The notes: generated by a model from the sequence alone, not told the origin. Shown: positions 17,540 through 27,882, counted from the stretch's first letter. The stretch: 35,711 bases of DNA from Promethearchaeota archaeon (GCA_030603385.1 JAUVXW010000041.1:1-35711); one strand, 5' to 3'. Made by a program: numbers and translations.

Positions 17540-18364
17540 CTAACTATTCTCACTACTTGATTGCTTTTTTTGTTTTCTTTTTTCAAGAAATTTTGTCCAA
17601 TCAAAAGCCATTATAAAAAACATCGCAGTGATAGTGACTAACAATAAGATTGCTTCTGTAATAATACTAGATTTACTATTGGATTGAATTCCTTGAGCTG
17701 TAAACCCAAGTGCGATAAATATAGGCCAACAACAATAAAATAATATAGTAAAGTTCTTACCTAACCACCCTGGAACGATGCATTTCCAAAAAGGGTATCT
17801 TATCATTCCTAAAGGTATGAATAGAATATCATCGGGTAGTGGAGTTAAAGCAAAAAGGAATATATATAATGGAGTACGTTTCTGATTTTCCAAAACTAAT
17901 TTTCCAAACCCGTCTACATTATTTAACAATTCGGAACGCCGCTCTTCTGCAATTTTTTTTGTACCATACCCCACAGCATAACCAGTTAATTCTCCTAAGG
18001 CACTCCCTAAACCACCAACAAGTGTAATACCTATAATTTCAAACCAAAAACCTCCAGATGCCAAAGTTTGGGTAAGAGTTAGTCCACTAGTAGAATATTT
18101 AAACATTATTGAATTTGAAAGGGAAAATATAACAAAAGGAAAAGGTATGGGAAAACCTATCGATGCAGAGCCTAAAAAGCATATCCCCAAAGAAATAAGT
18201 AGAGCCCAATAATAATTGGATCCCTCAGTTACAACTGTTAGATTCTCTCTTAACTGAATTATGGCATTTTGGATTTCTGGAAAAAATAGAAATAGGAGGA
18301 TATAAATAATGATAATTAAATAGAAACTAGTGAACACAATTGTTAACTTCTTCGGAACGGCCAT
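17540..18364 (-). CDS. DedA/VTT (SNARE-associated) family membrane protein
   Basis: GFPIPF, GGLGSALGELTGYAVGYG, FALTPLPDD..FIPLG...Y and GWLGK. Confidence 0.88.
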   Translation of the reverse strand: MAVPKKLTIVFTSFYLIIIIYILLFLFFPEIQNAIIQLRENLTVVTEGSNYYWALLISLGICFLGSASIGFPIPFPFVIFSLSNSIMFKYSTSGLTLTQTLASGGFWFEIIGITLVGGLGSALGELTGYAVGYGTKKIAEERRSELLNNVDGFGKLVLENQKRTPLYIFLFALTPLPDDILFIPLGMIRYPFWKCIVPGWLGKNFTILFYCCWPIFIALGFTAQGIQSNSKSSIITEAILLLVTITAMFFIMAFDWTKFLEKRKQKKQSSSENS

Positions 18365-18368
18365 AATT

Positions 18369-18761
18369 CTAAGATTTTTTAGATATTTTCGTATTCAATC
18401 CATTTCTTGCTTCTAATAATAATTCAAGATTTGAATTCACTTTACCTACTTTATTCACTTTATTTGGCATTTGCATATTTTCTATAAGAATTACTAACTC
18501 ATCAGTCTTGGGATTATATATAATATCTCCTTTCTCTACTTCCTTTACTGATTTAGGATTTGAACCTTTAAAAATTCCTAACCCGGGGAGTGTCCAGTAA
18601 TTCTTCGAACCAAAACTAAATCTACCTCTCATATTAATTGGTAGTTTTTCAATTATCGCATCTGCAGAAAATGGAGCAATATATCTTATAATATGTCCTT
18701 CTATTGTGCCAATTCCGAAAAACTCAATTTTTATTGGTACTATACCTGTATCACTATTCAT
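18369..18761 (-). CDS. Cyclophilin-like fold protein (DUF369/UPF0288-like)
   Basis: AP.S...I...LP, VEKGDIIYNP...LVI and VNKVGKV pattern. Confidence 0.7.
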   Translation of the reverse strand: MNSDTGIVPIKIEFFGIGTIEGHIIRYIAPFSADAIIEKLPINMRGRFSFGSKNYWTLPGLGIFKGSNPKSVKEVEKGDIIYNPKTDELVILIENMQMPNKVNKVGKVNSNLELLLEARNGLNTKISKKS

Positions 18762-18860
18762 ACTTTATAAATAATGTAATTACAGATATTTATATTATTT
18801 TAAATTGATACATAAATTTTTTCGTCAATGAAATCTAAAAAATTATTATTATATTTAATA

Positions 18861-18874
18861 ACAAGATTTAAATA
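18861..18874 (+). promoter_or_regulatory. Archaeal BRE/TATA promoter for the putative ncRNA
   Basis: TTTAAATA at 18867-18874 preceded by purine-rich ACAAGA; the terminal helix starts about 20-23 nt downstream, the expected TSS distance. No + strand ORF follows. Confidence 0.55.
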
Positions 18875-18892
18875 CTTCTTTTATCATATATA

Positions 18893-19393
18893 GAGTTGAA
18901 GAGGATAATAGGTTGCATTGGAATTAGATACATAATTACGGTTCAAACACCGAATTTATTATTTGCTAAAAAAATAAACTGATTCCGACATTTTTTTGTT
19001 TTTGATACGAGATAACAATCAATATCAATAGATTAATTCCCATATATTCCTGTAGTGCTTAATACGAAAATACAGAAAAGTTGATTTTCACATAACTTCT
19101 GATAACCATTTTTGAAAATTAGCATATTGGAGTAAAATCATAAGTTCTTCATTTAATCCATGGTTGAATATGTACATGCTTTGGCAATGAGACATTATTA
19201 CTCTGAGGATTGAGTTTAGCTTAATTTGTATTAAATTCTTATTCACAAGACATTTAAACAATGAGAAATTTGGTTTTAAATGAGAAATTTTTATAAATAG
19301 GAGCTTTGATTACATAATTGCTTCATAGGATAATGATTCTATACATTCCTTTGATTCAAAGAATAATCGGAGCACCTATTGTCCTTTTCACTT
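18893..19393 (+). ncRNA. Putative large (~500 nt) structured non-coding RNA of unknown class
   Basis: 18897-18916 pairs with 19372-19390 (19 bp, 2 G-U, 1 bulge). Nested helices: 18918-27/18979-88, 19050-54/19071-75, 19080-90/19113-23, 19142-49/19299-306 and 19251-58/19275-82. Upstream TATA, downstream T-tract and no ORF. Confidence 0.68.
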
Positions 19394-20233
19394 TTGTTCT
19401 AAGCTCAATATATCTGATTTTGTATCGATATCAAGATATATGTATTGGGGATCAATGGGAACTGCATAAAGTATATTTTTATGCTTAATTATATGGTTAA
19501 GTATTTCTCTAATTGTGGTTGCTGAAATTTTCCTTTCGGTCTCTATAATTTTATTAATAATTCTATAGTTAAAAACAAATAAGGGTACTATTTGATTAAT
19601 CTCTTCATTGTTATCAATTTCACTTAGTTTTCTTTGCTGTACTTCTTTAACCACTATTTCTTTTGATCCTAATTCTTCAATTTTTGCAATTGAAATTAAT
19701 TTTTTAGAATTTAATTTTGTTTTTAGATTAATTGCTTTCGTTTTCTGGTAAAAAACCATCGATTTATTATCAGGAATAGTGAGGCTGTTAGAGATAATTT
19801 GAAAAATTTCTTTCAATAAAATTGATTCATAGTAAGTATCACCAGGAAAAACCAAATAGAATTTACCTTTTTTAATAATAGCTTTTCTGTTTGTTATTGA
19901 AAGAAAAGAATATAATGGTCCCATTTTATAATTATTACCAGAGTTAACTAGTAATATTTTGTTTTGAAGAGATTCATCTTTTTTCTTGAGGGAAGAGATG
20001 TATTTTTCTATCTCCTCTCTTAGATGCCCAGTTATAATAACAATTGATGTTATGTTTAGTTTAATTAAATTGAAAATTAAATGAGATAGAATTGGCTTAT
20101 CATATATTTTAATTAATGGTTTTGGTATGTTATGAATAAAATCACTTATCCGCGTCCCTTCACCAGCACATAATATTATCGATATTAAATTTTCTATTAG
20201 TTTATTCTTTTGTAGTGACAATTTTATTTCCAT
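19388..20233 (-). CDS. NTP-transferase family (sugar/choline-phosphate nucleotidyltransferase-like)
   Basis: IILCAGEGTRI...PKPL, FPGD and C-terminal DIDT..D. Exact start uncertain because it overlaps map. Confidence 0.85.
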   Translation of the reverse strand: MEIKLSLQKNKLIENLISIILCAGEGTRISDFIHNIPKPLIKIYDKPILSHLIFNLIKLNITSIVIITGHLREEIEKYISSLKKKDESLQNKILLVNSGNNYKMGPLYSFLSITNRKAIIKKGKFYLVFPGDTYYESILLKEIFQIISNSLTIPDNKSMVFYQKTKAINLKTKLNSKKLISIAKIEELGSKEIVVKEVQQRKLSEIDNNEEINQIVPLFVFNYRIINKIIETERKISATTIREILNHIIKHKNILYAVPIDPQYIYLDIDTKSDILSLEQK

Positions 20234-21119
20234 CCATATCCAATACGATTGTATGTTCTTCTTGAGCTACGGGTTCTTTACTTTTTTCTATTAAAATGGG
20301 ATATTTATCCAAAATCTTTCTTCCTAAAAATGTTTCAATAGTTCTCTGAATTTTGGATTTAGGAATAAGATTATTATTAACAATCCAGCGAGGGGAAAAA
20401 GGGAGATGTTTGAAATTCTTCTCGATTTTATTCATATATCCTTGTTGTTCATATGGCATATTTTTTTTGACTCTTTTTACAAATCGATATATATATGAGT
20501 ATTTTCCATTTTCAACTTTCCCTACTCCAGAAGTAGCAAACGGTTCACAAGCATAAGCATCTCCAGGTTTTAAGATTTGATCATGTAGTTTTTCTTTATA
20601 GTTTGGAATAAATGGTCCTGCATGTAAATTATATTGCTTTAGCTCATGACCACCCAGATTTGTTATTGGTCTTAATCCCCTATTCATAATTTTTTGAGCA
20701 ATTACTTCACCTAATTCATACAATTTAATTCCAGGATTAAACAATTCTATAGCCGCATCAAGAGCTTCTCTTGCAGCATCAATATAATTTTGAAGTTTAG
20801 GATCTTCATCTAAGTTAATAGTAAAAGCGGAATCTGCAATATATCCGTTAAAAATAGCACCGACATCAATTTTCAATAGACCTTTTTCAGGAATAACTGT
20901 TTTATCGTCAATTTCTGGGCTATAGTGTGCTGCAATTTCATTTAAAGACATATTTATTGGAAAAGATAATTCGCATCCTGCTTTGATTATTTCTGCTTCA
21001 CATCTGTTGGCTATTTCTAAGAATGGTACTCCAGGATTAATAATCCTTTTTGCTAATTTTTTTGCAGCAATAACCCCCTTTCCAGCTCGTATATAATCTT
21101 GAATATACTCTTCGCTCAT
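20202..21119 (-). CDS. map: Methionine aminopeptidase type II
   Basis: AAHYSP, KIDVG...GYIADSAFT, NLGGH...LHAG, ACEPFAT and AQEEHT. Confidence 0.97.
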   Translation of the reverse strand: MSEEYIQDYIRAGKGVIAAKKLAKRIINPGVPFLEIANRCEAEIIKAGCELSFPINMSLNEIAAHYSPEIDDKTVIPEKGLLKIDVGAIFNGYIADSAFTINLDEDPKLQNYIDAAREALDAAIELFNPGIKLYELGEVIAQKIMNRGLRPITNLGGHELKQYNLHAGPFIPNYKEKLHDQILKPGDAYACEPFATSGVGKVENGKYSYIYRFVKRVKKNMPYEQQGYMNKIEKNFKHLPFSPRWIVNNNLIPKSKIQRTIETFLGRKILDKYPILIEKSKEPVAQEEHTIVLDMDGNKIVTTKE

Positions 21120-21155
21120 AATTTCAATATTTATGTGTAATTATAGTAAAAATTT

Positions 21156-22475
21156 TTAAGGTTCAAGACGATCTGGTGTCCTAGGGTAAAAAACGGCTTC
21201 TCGGATATCATCTAACCCACATATCATAGTTAACCATCGATCGACTCCTAAACCGAATCCCGCATGAGGGGGCATTCCATAATCGAATGATTTAAGGTGT
21301 GATTCAAAAGAAACAGAATTAAGTCCTTTTGATTCTAAGGCATTCACCAATTGTATTTTATTATGAACTCTAGTTCCTCCTGAAGTTAGTTCCAACATTC
21401 CTTTTTGTAAGTCAAATGACTCACTGTATTTAGGATCTTTTGAAGGCATAATGTAAAATGGTTTAATTGACATTGGCCAATGGGTAATATAATAATAATC
21501 CGGTAATTCTTTTCCTAATTTTCTATAAGCTTCAGTTGAAGGATCTTCTCCAAATTCAATATTAAATCCAAACTTATTATTAATTAGATCAATGATTTCT
21601 TCATATCTATATCTTGGAAATGGTATTTCAGGTAAACTTGTTTCATTTTCCATTTTTAGAAATTTTAACTCATTCATTTTATTATCTCTAATATCCTTAA
21701 TAACATTGTGTATCAATTCCTCTAATAATTTCATAACATCTTCCATTGTTACAAATGCCATCTCTACATCTAAAATAAAGATTTCACATATGTGTCTTTT
21801 TGTCCGACTTTTTTCAGCTCTAAAACAATCACTTATTTCAAAAACCCTTTCATAAACGCCACTAAGTTGTTCTTTATATAGTTGAGCAGATTGCGTCAGG
21901 AAAGCTTCTCTTTCAAAATACATAATAGGAAACAATTCAGTACCACCCTCTGTGGCAGAGCCTATAATTTTGGGTGTACTGATCTCTGTAAAAGCTTTTT
22001 CAAATAAAAAACGCCTAATGGATCTTAGCATTTCACCCCTAATCTCAAAAACAGCTTGATTTCGAAGGGATCTTAAATCTAGTGCTCTATGATTTAATCT
22101 AAGATCTAATTCTGATATTGTTTCTCCTGTCATATCAATAGGTAATTTATCAGGAGTTCTATTTAATATTTTTATATCAGAAGGTATTATCTCAATTCCA
22201 CCTGGAGCCTTATCAAATGCTTTAACTTTACCTTTTACCATTAAGCAATATTGATAACCAACCTTAGTTTTGTCAAATAAATCATCAGAAATGAGTCCTT
22301 TTTTTAGGGTAATTTGCCTTTCTCCATATTTATCTTGAAGAGATAAAAATTTTAATCCACCAAGATCTCGATAATTTCGAACCCATCCACCCAAAATAAC
22401 CTCATTTCCCACTAAGTCTGGTGTAACGTCTCTTGTAAAATGCGTTTTTCTCCAATCTCCTAACTCATCGAGCAT
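21156..22475 (-). CDS. aspS: Aspartyl-tRNA synthetase, archaeal type, probably non-discriminating
   Basis: GWV..RDLGG, ATEGG, QSAQLYK, FRAE, ELTSGG.R and [14 protein letters not shown]. The Pro in KAPGG of the anticodon-domain loop is typical of non-discriminating enzymes. Confidence 0.95.
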   Translation of the reverse strand: MLDELGDWRKTHFTRDVTPDLVGNEVILGGWVRNYRDLGGLKFLSLQDKYGERQITLKKGLISDDLFDKTKVGYQYCLMVKGKVKAFDKAPGGIEIIPSDIKILNRTPDKLPIDMTGETISELDLRLNHRALDLRSLRNQAVFEIRGEMLRSIRRFLFEKAFTEISTPKIIGSATEGGTELFPIMYFEREAFLTQSAQLYKEQLSGVYERVFEISDCFRAEKSRTKRHICEIFILDVEMAFVTMEDVMKLLEELIHNVIKDIRDNKMNELKFLKMENETSLPEIPFPRYRYEEIIDLINNKFGFNIEFGEDPSTEAYRKLGKELPDYYYITHWPMSIKPFYIMPSKDPKYSESFDLQKGMLELTSGGTRVHNKIQLVNALESKGLNSVSFESHLKSFDYGMPPHAGFGLGVDRWLTMICGLDDIREAVFYPRTPDRLEP

Positions 22476-22565
22476 ATATTTGTATCAACTTATTTATATT
22501 TTAATTAAAAATATAAATTTAAAAATTAAAGTAAAAATATAATTTTTCCCTTCTTATCTATATTT

Positions 22566-24050
22566 ATGGTAAATTTGAAATGGAAAGGTAAAAAAGATAG
22601 TAAAGAAATTCTTTCAAAAAAATTTACGGCTACACCTTTTCATATTCTTGACAATTATCAGCCGAAAGATTTTGACCTTAAATCAGAAGAAAGATGGCAA
22701 AACTTACTTTGTTGTGGGGAAAATAGAGCAATAATAAATTCATTATTAGACACCCTCGAAAATAAAATATCTCTTATTTATATTGATCCTCCATTTGCTA
22801 CAGGTGGAGATTTTAATCTTAAGATTCAAATAGGTGAAGATGGAAAATACATTGATGATATAGCTTATAAGGATAAGTGGAAAGAGGGATTAGATTCTTA
22901 CCTAACATTTTTATATGAAAGACTTGTTACAATGAAACGATTATTAGCTCATAATGGTTCAATATATGTTCATTTAGATTGGCACATCTCTCATTATGTA
23001 AAATTAATATTAGATGAAATTTTTGGTATTGAGAATTTTAGAAATGAAATTATTTGGGCGTACCCTGCAGCATCTGTTAAAACGAGACACTTTTTTATTA
23101 GATCTTATGATACAATCCTTTTTTATTCAAAATCAAATGATTATGTTTTTAACAATGACCCAAATATATATATGGAATACTCAAATCGAGTTAAAAATGC
23201 CTTAAAGAAAGATGAGCAAGGAACATTTTATTACCGAGGAGGAAGTCATAATGGAAAGAAGTTATCTCGAAAAGTTTATGTTGTACAAGAAGGAATTTTC
23301 CCTAGAGATGTTTGGAATGATATACCCTATATAAGGGCTAATACGTCAGAGTATCAAGGTTTTTCTACACAAAAACCCGAGCGCCTGCTAAAGAGGATAA
23401 TTTTAGCATCAACAAACGAAAAAGATATAGTAGCAGATTTCTTTTGCGGTTCAGGTACTACTCTAGCAGTAGCAGAGAAATTAGGACGACGTTGGGTTGG
23501 ATCTGATATAAATAAATATGCTATTCATATATCAAGAAAGCGAATTCTTAACATAAGTAGTAGCAATGATATCTTAAATTGGAAAAAAAAATACAATAAA
23601 ACATCTCATTCTTTTAAAATTCTTTCACTAGAAAAGGAAATTGAACCACAGTTGATTTCGAAGGAATTTTTAAGAAAAAATGCTCAAATTGAAACTGTTC
23701 ATACAATACAAGAAAGTCCAGAATTAAACATAGAAATATACCAAAATGATAATTCTGTAATAATTGAACTTATTCATTATAATAATCCTTATCTTAATTT
23801 AGTCTCTGAAAAAATCAGAGATAAAATTACATCTTTTTCAGATTGGATTGATTATTGGGCAATAGACTATAATTTTAATAACCATATCTTCAATAATATG
23901 TGGATTTCTTTTAGAACACCAAAAAAGAGAGAATTAACGTTAACATCAAAACCATTTCTTTATGATAAACCAGGAAAATATAATTTATCAATCAAGCTAA
24001 TTGATATATTTGGAATTGAAACTCAAAAATCATACAAAATTATAATATGA
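22566..24050 (+). CDS. Amino (N6A/N4C) DNA methyltransferase, beta class / Mod-like, orphan
   Basis: IYIDPPF catalytic motif precedes TQKPE and the SAM motif DFFCGSGTT; C-terminal DWIDYWAID...IDIFG domain. No nuclease gene is adjacent. Confidence 0.92.
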   Translation: MVNLKWKGKKDSKEILSKKFTATPFHILDNYQPKDFDLKSEERWQNLLCCGENRAIINSLLDTLENKISLIYIDPPFATGGDFNLKIQIGEDGKYIDDIAYKDKWKEGLDSYLTFLYERLVTMKRLLAHNGSIYVHLDWHISHYVKLILDEIFGIENFRNEIIWAYPAASVKTRHFFIRSYDTILFYSKSNDYVFNNDPNIYMEYSNRVKNALKKDEQGTFYYRGGSHNGKKLSRKVYVVQEGIFPRDVWNDIPYIRANTSEYQGFSTQKPERLLKRIILASTNEKDIVADFFCGSGTTLAVAEKLGRRWVGSDINKYAIHISRKRILNISSSNDILNWKKKYNKTSHSFKILSLEKEIEPQLISKEFLRKNAQIETVHTIQESPELNIEIYQNDNSVIIELIHYNNPYLNLVSEKIRDKITSFSDWIDYWAIDYNFNNHIFNNMWISFRTPKKRELTLTSKPFLYDKPGKYNLSIKLIDIFGIETQKSYKIII

Positions 24051-24052
24051 TT

Positions 24053-25444
24053 TCATTTGATTAGTTCTCTTAATAACATTGTTGCATAACTTCCTTTTTG
24101 GAGTGAGAATTCAATTTTTATTTTCTTCTTACCATGGTAAAGCTCGTCATCTGTGAGTTCGACCATTTTTAAACCACTAGGTTTAACAGTCATCGCTCTA
24201 ATTGAACCCTTAAACTCACTCCCATTTATATATTTACTATAAAAAATGTTTTTGTCTATCCGATCTGATTTAGCAACCTCTTCATATATATATTTTATCA
24301 GAGGATATTCATCCAAAATTGTACTATTGCCAATAATAGGTAAAGCTATAGAAGCTCGATTTAATTTTAGAGCTTTTTTCAAATACTTGTCATAAATTCC
24401 TCCAAAGGTATATTTAACCTTAGTAACATTTCCATCATAATCATCTAGTATGCAAATTACGTCTCCTTTAACTGGTTTAAATAACGGAATACCTTTCTTT
24501 ACTCTTAAGGAAAGCATTCTATTGAATAAATATGATTGAAATGAACTAATTAATAATCTTATCAAATCAATTGGTAATGTATTTATAGCTCCTTGAAAAT
24601 CTCCTCCGTTTTCTATTAAAAATTGAATCATTTTTCGTTCATATCGTAGGATTTTGGGAAAATTATCATAAGCTTTTTTTAGATTCCCATCCATTCTTAA
24701 ATCACTTCTCACCTTTCTCGAATCGCTAGGTTCAGTAGAATATGTTGTTGATACATATTCTTTGAAAGCGTTTTCATAATCGCCCTCTAACAGAAAACGC
24801 CCTACAATATGAGAATTGGGTCTATAATTACCAAATCTTTGAAGCCCAAAATAGTTAGGAAAACCAAAGTTACTCAAAAAATTTAGGTTTTTCTCTATTT
24901 TATGTTTAACTTCTTTAACATTATCAAGGTTTCTAATTGTTATTGTGAAATTATTACCTAAATGGCTCCCTAATTTGACTGGTTTTTTTGTAGGATTAAT
25001 ATTTCTAATAAACATATCTCTTAACTTCAGATTCTTTAATTGTTCAACATAATTTCCCTTGATGGAAATCTTTTGGACAGAAATAGCTTGTTTATCTTTT
25101 AACCCAGAATAATAAATTAAATTATATGGGATATTGAGAGCTTTACTAATTTTTTTAACAGCTCTAAATGTATCCTTATTAATTTTAATTAAATTAAATG
25201 TAGTAAATTTATCTCTTAATTCTTTCGAAAAAGTAGGGCTTGTATAATCTTCCTTTATATCTAGAATCCTCCCATTTTTATCTATTTCTTTCACTATGAA
25301 ATCTTTATAATGAACTTTATACTCTCCCTTAATTCCATTAATCTTGTGAGTAGAGTAAATTTCGATTCCCACAAACTTCTCTACTTCTTTTTCATTGTTA
25401 TTTTTAAAAGAATAAGTAGTGCTACTTTTTTCTTGATTAAACAA
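24053..25444 (-). CDS. truD: tRNA pseudouridine(13) synthase
   Basis: DFIVKE, GLKDKQA (catalytic Asp), GNNFTI, PNYFGLQRFG, QSYLFN and F.L.KGSYAT.LLRE. Confidence 0.96.
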   Translation of the reverse strand: MFNQEKSSTTYSFKNNNEKEVEKFVGIEIYSTHKINGIKGEYKVHYKDFIVKEIDKNGRILDIKEDYTSPTFSKELRDKFTTFNLIKINKDTFRAVKKISKALNIPYNLIYYSGLKDKQAISVQKISIKGNYVEQLKNLKLRDMFIRNINPTKKPVKLGSHLGNNFTITIRNLDNVKEVKHKIEKNLNFLSNFGFPNYFGLQRFGNYRPNSHIVGRFLLEGDYENAFKEYVSTTYSTEPSDSRKVRSDLRMDGNLKKAYDNFPKILRYERKMIQFLIENGGDFQGAINTLPIDLIRLLISSFQSYLFNRMLSLRVKKGIPLFKPVKGDVICILDDYDGNVTKVKYTFGGIYDKYLKKALKLNRASIALPIIGNSTILDEYPLIKYIYEEVAKSDRIDKNIFYSKYINGSEFKGSIRAMTVKPSGLKMVELTDDELYHGKKKIKIEFSLQKGSYATMLLRELIK

Positions 25445-25468
25445 TTTCTTTAGCCCACGTTTTTAACA

Positions 25469-25825
25469 TTATAATAATTTGAGATCTCCTGTAATCTTAT
25501 CAATTTCTTCTGACAAATCTGGACCAATACCAACGGAAGTTGTTGTACCGGGGGTTAACTGAGTGAGACCAGCATCTTTTACGACAAAATAGGGCACTTT
25601 ATTAGATTCTAACTTTTTTACTATTTCTTTTAATTGTTCTAAGTTACTTATCTTAAGAACAACTTTTTTCTGCCCAGAATTCTTCCAATTTTTCCAAATA
25701 CCTTTATTTTGAATACGAACTAGATCTGACGCTGAAACACTTGCATGACATGATTGAGCACACCTTTTTCCTGTACTCATTTTCAAATCTGTTCTAATTA
25801 AAATTACTTGTTTATATTCTTCCAC
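25469..25825 (-). CDS. pth2: Peptidyl-tRNA hydrolase Pth2
   Basis: KQV...RTDLKM..G...AQ..HA, GQKKVVL and DAGLTQ..PGT.T..GIGP. Confidence 0.96.
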   Translation of the reverse strand: MEEYKQVILIRTDLKMSTGKRCAQSCHASVSASDLVRIQNKGIWKNWKNSGQKKVVLKISNLEQLKEIVKKLESNKVPYFVVKDAGLTQLTPGTTTSVGIGPDLSEEIDKITGDLKLL

Positions 25826-25875
25826 ATTAGTTCTATTAAATATTAAGAATATAATTAATTAAATCTTATTGATTA

Positions 25876-26388
25876 TCATTCAAACTCCACCCGAATAACA
25901 TTGCCGGTCAATTCAAGAATCAATTGTTCAAGTTCTTCATTAGTAAACAAAAGTTTCTCTCTATCATCTTCCCATAAAACTGCTCTAAATTGAACATCTC
26001 CCGTTGCTAGGAATATTTCATTTAAAGAAACTAATTTATATGGATTAATTAATGCTTCTACTATTGGTCGAGGTTTATTAGTTTTATCAACTAATATTAT
26101 CTCATCGACTTCATAAGTCTCTTTTATCCAATCTAATAATTCTGAAGTTATTCTTAATTTATCCCTCTTCCCTATTACAAGAATTATAAGATCTTCGTAA
26201 TCAATTGCTTTATAAAAAGAAACATCTTTTAAAAATACGAAACTTTCATTATCTTCTTCTAATTCTAAAAGATCCTTTGCTAAATCAATCTCGAATTCGG
26301 TTATTTCACCCGCATCAAGCCTTGCTTGACAACTATTACACAAGAAACCAGACTTTATACAAGTTTTATCTGCAGGAAGAATTTTCAT
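25876..26388 (-). CDS. Archaeal NusA-like transcription factor (Cys-rich N-terminus, KH-like)
   Basis: LP.D..CIKSGFLCNSCQ..L..GEI...E N-terminal signature; lies upstream of pth2-truD. Confidence 0.65.
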   Translation of the reverse strand: MKILPADKTCIKSGFLCNSCQARLDAGEITEFEIDLAKDLLELEEDNESFVFLKDVSFYKAIDYEDLIILVIGKRDKLRITSELLDWIKETYEVDEIILVDKTNKPRPIVEALINPYKLVSLNEIFLATGDVQFRAVLWEDDREKLLFTNEELEQLILELTGNVIRVEFE

Positions 26389-26582
26389 ACTATTTAAACT
26401 CGGGAGAAAATATCGATTTTAATATTACTCTACATAATAAATTTAGTAGAGCTATTGTAATTGAGATCTATTTAAGATATTTAATTAATTTTATGATAAA
26501 GATTCTTAAACTCTTCCTATAAATGTGATCAATTTTTATCTCTCATATCAATTTGCCTTTAAAAGAAGCGATAATAACATTA

Positions 26583-27503
26583 TTATACTTTTACAGCAAG
26601 AATTTTATTTATTTCATCTTCGATCATCGATATTTCTCTAACAGCTTGTCTAAATTCTACCTTGGACGCTTTATCTCTATTTAACACAGTTTTAGCTATT
26701 GCTTTATATTTCTCAATAATGTTAGACTCAGCGAAATTTTTAAGTTTCAAACAGAAAGAATATAAGTAAGAGTAAGTTTCTGCATATTTTGAAAATCCTA
26801 GAGACTCTTTTACCATATCTAGATAATATTGTAATCTAAGTTTCCTATCTTTAATCTCGTCTCTAAGAGACTTTGCTTCTGTTTGATATTCAATAAATTT
26901 CTCATCATCTCGAAGTTTTTCTGAGATCTCAATTAATTTCTTAGAGATTTCATATTTTTTGAGATAATTTTCCTCAATTAAATATTGTGTAGTAAGTTCT
27001 TCTCTTTTACTAAATAGATTTTCTCTTAATTGTTCAGAAAGAGCACCCTTTTGTTCCCAAATTGATTTTAAAATAGAACTCTGATTGGTAGTTAAAGATG
27101 ATTCAGAAATTAACTTCTTATTAGATAAAATTAACTGTATGATTTTTAAATCGAACATTTCAAGCTTTTCCGGCTCTTGATCCCAATTAGTGAATAAATC
27201 TTCATGACTCATTATAACCTTGATAATTTTAGGGATCAGTTTTTGAGCTTCTTTAATATCTTCACTATCAATTATGATTACTAAATCAGAAGATACTTCA
27301 GAAATTCTTGAAATAAGAACAATATATTCCCCTAATTCAATTGTACTTAATGATTCTGTGCTACTCTCAGTTAACTCAGACACAAAAGTTTGAAGCGCAG
27401 AAAAAAATGAACTAAACATTTCCATTTTTTCATCGCTTTGAAAATTCTTGTTATACAGTAAATTCTTTGAATTGCTTTGAAAAATATAAAGTGATTGGAT
27501 CAT
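26583..27503 (-). CDS. Longin-like N-terminal domain protein with helical C-terminal region
   Basis: MIQSLYIF...LLY..NF...MFSSFFSALQTFVSEL...LSTIELG pattern typical of Asgard longin/roadblock-related domains. Confidence 0.6.
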   Translation of the reverse strand: MIQSLYIFQSNSKNLLYNKNFQSDEKMEMFSSFFSALQTFVSELTESSTESLSTIELGEYIVLISRISEVSSDLVIIIDSEDIKEAQKLIPKIIKVIMSHEDLFTNWDQEPEKLEMFDLKIIQLILSNKKLISESSLTTNQSSILKSIWEQKGALSEQLRENLFSKREELTTQYLIEENYLKKYEISKKLIEISEKLRDDEKFIEYQTEAKSLRDEIKDRKLRLQYYLDMVKESLGFSKYAETYSYLYSFCLKLKNFAESNIIEKYKAIAKTVLNRDKASKVEFRQAVREISMIEDEINKILAVKV

Positions 27504-27687
27504 GCTTAGGATTTTATGGTTATTAAAATTGTAATGTTTCTAATTAAAACCTTTATTTACAATATCTAAATTGAAAAATTTATAATTATCTTTTTCAGAA
27601 AAGGAAAGTAAAACTTTTATATGCAAAATTACGAATTCCTTAAACAAAAAAGTCTAAAAACTAGCTTAAGAAAATAGATTTTCTAAT

Positions 27688-27882
27688 TTATAATTCTATT
27701 ATATCGCAGGATATATTCGTAATAAGTCTTTCTGCTGTTGTTACATCTGTTTTAAATGTATAAAGAATTTTTTTAGTTCTCAATTTCAGTTTAACTACTT
27801 CTTTTAAGCGTTTAACTCTACAATGAACAGCGAATTCTGATAATTCTATAAATTTTTCTTCATCAAAAATTTCTCTAGGCAT
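27688..27882 (-). CDS. rpl38e: Ribosomal protein eL38
   Basis: MPREI.D...F.E....A..CRVKR....VKLKLRT.K.LYT. Confidence 0.9.
   Translation of the reverse strand: MPREIFDEEKFIELSEFAVHCRVKRLKEVVKLKLRTKKILYTFKTDVTTAERLITNISCDIIEL

Noticed and set aside
18897-19390. MITE with terminal inverted repeats
   Set aside because: The terminal mismatches are strand-specific G-U pairs, the interior is also folded, a TATA box precedes it and no target-site duplication is evident. Disfavoured, not disproved.
18893-19393. RNase P RNA, SRP RNA, tmRNA or rRNA identity for the structured element
   Set aside because: No GAGGAAAGUC/P4 consensus, no SRP helix-8 motif, longer than a typical archaeal SRP RNA, and no tRNA-like acceptor/T arm. 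A very divergent member cannot be excluded without cmscan.
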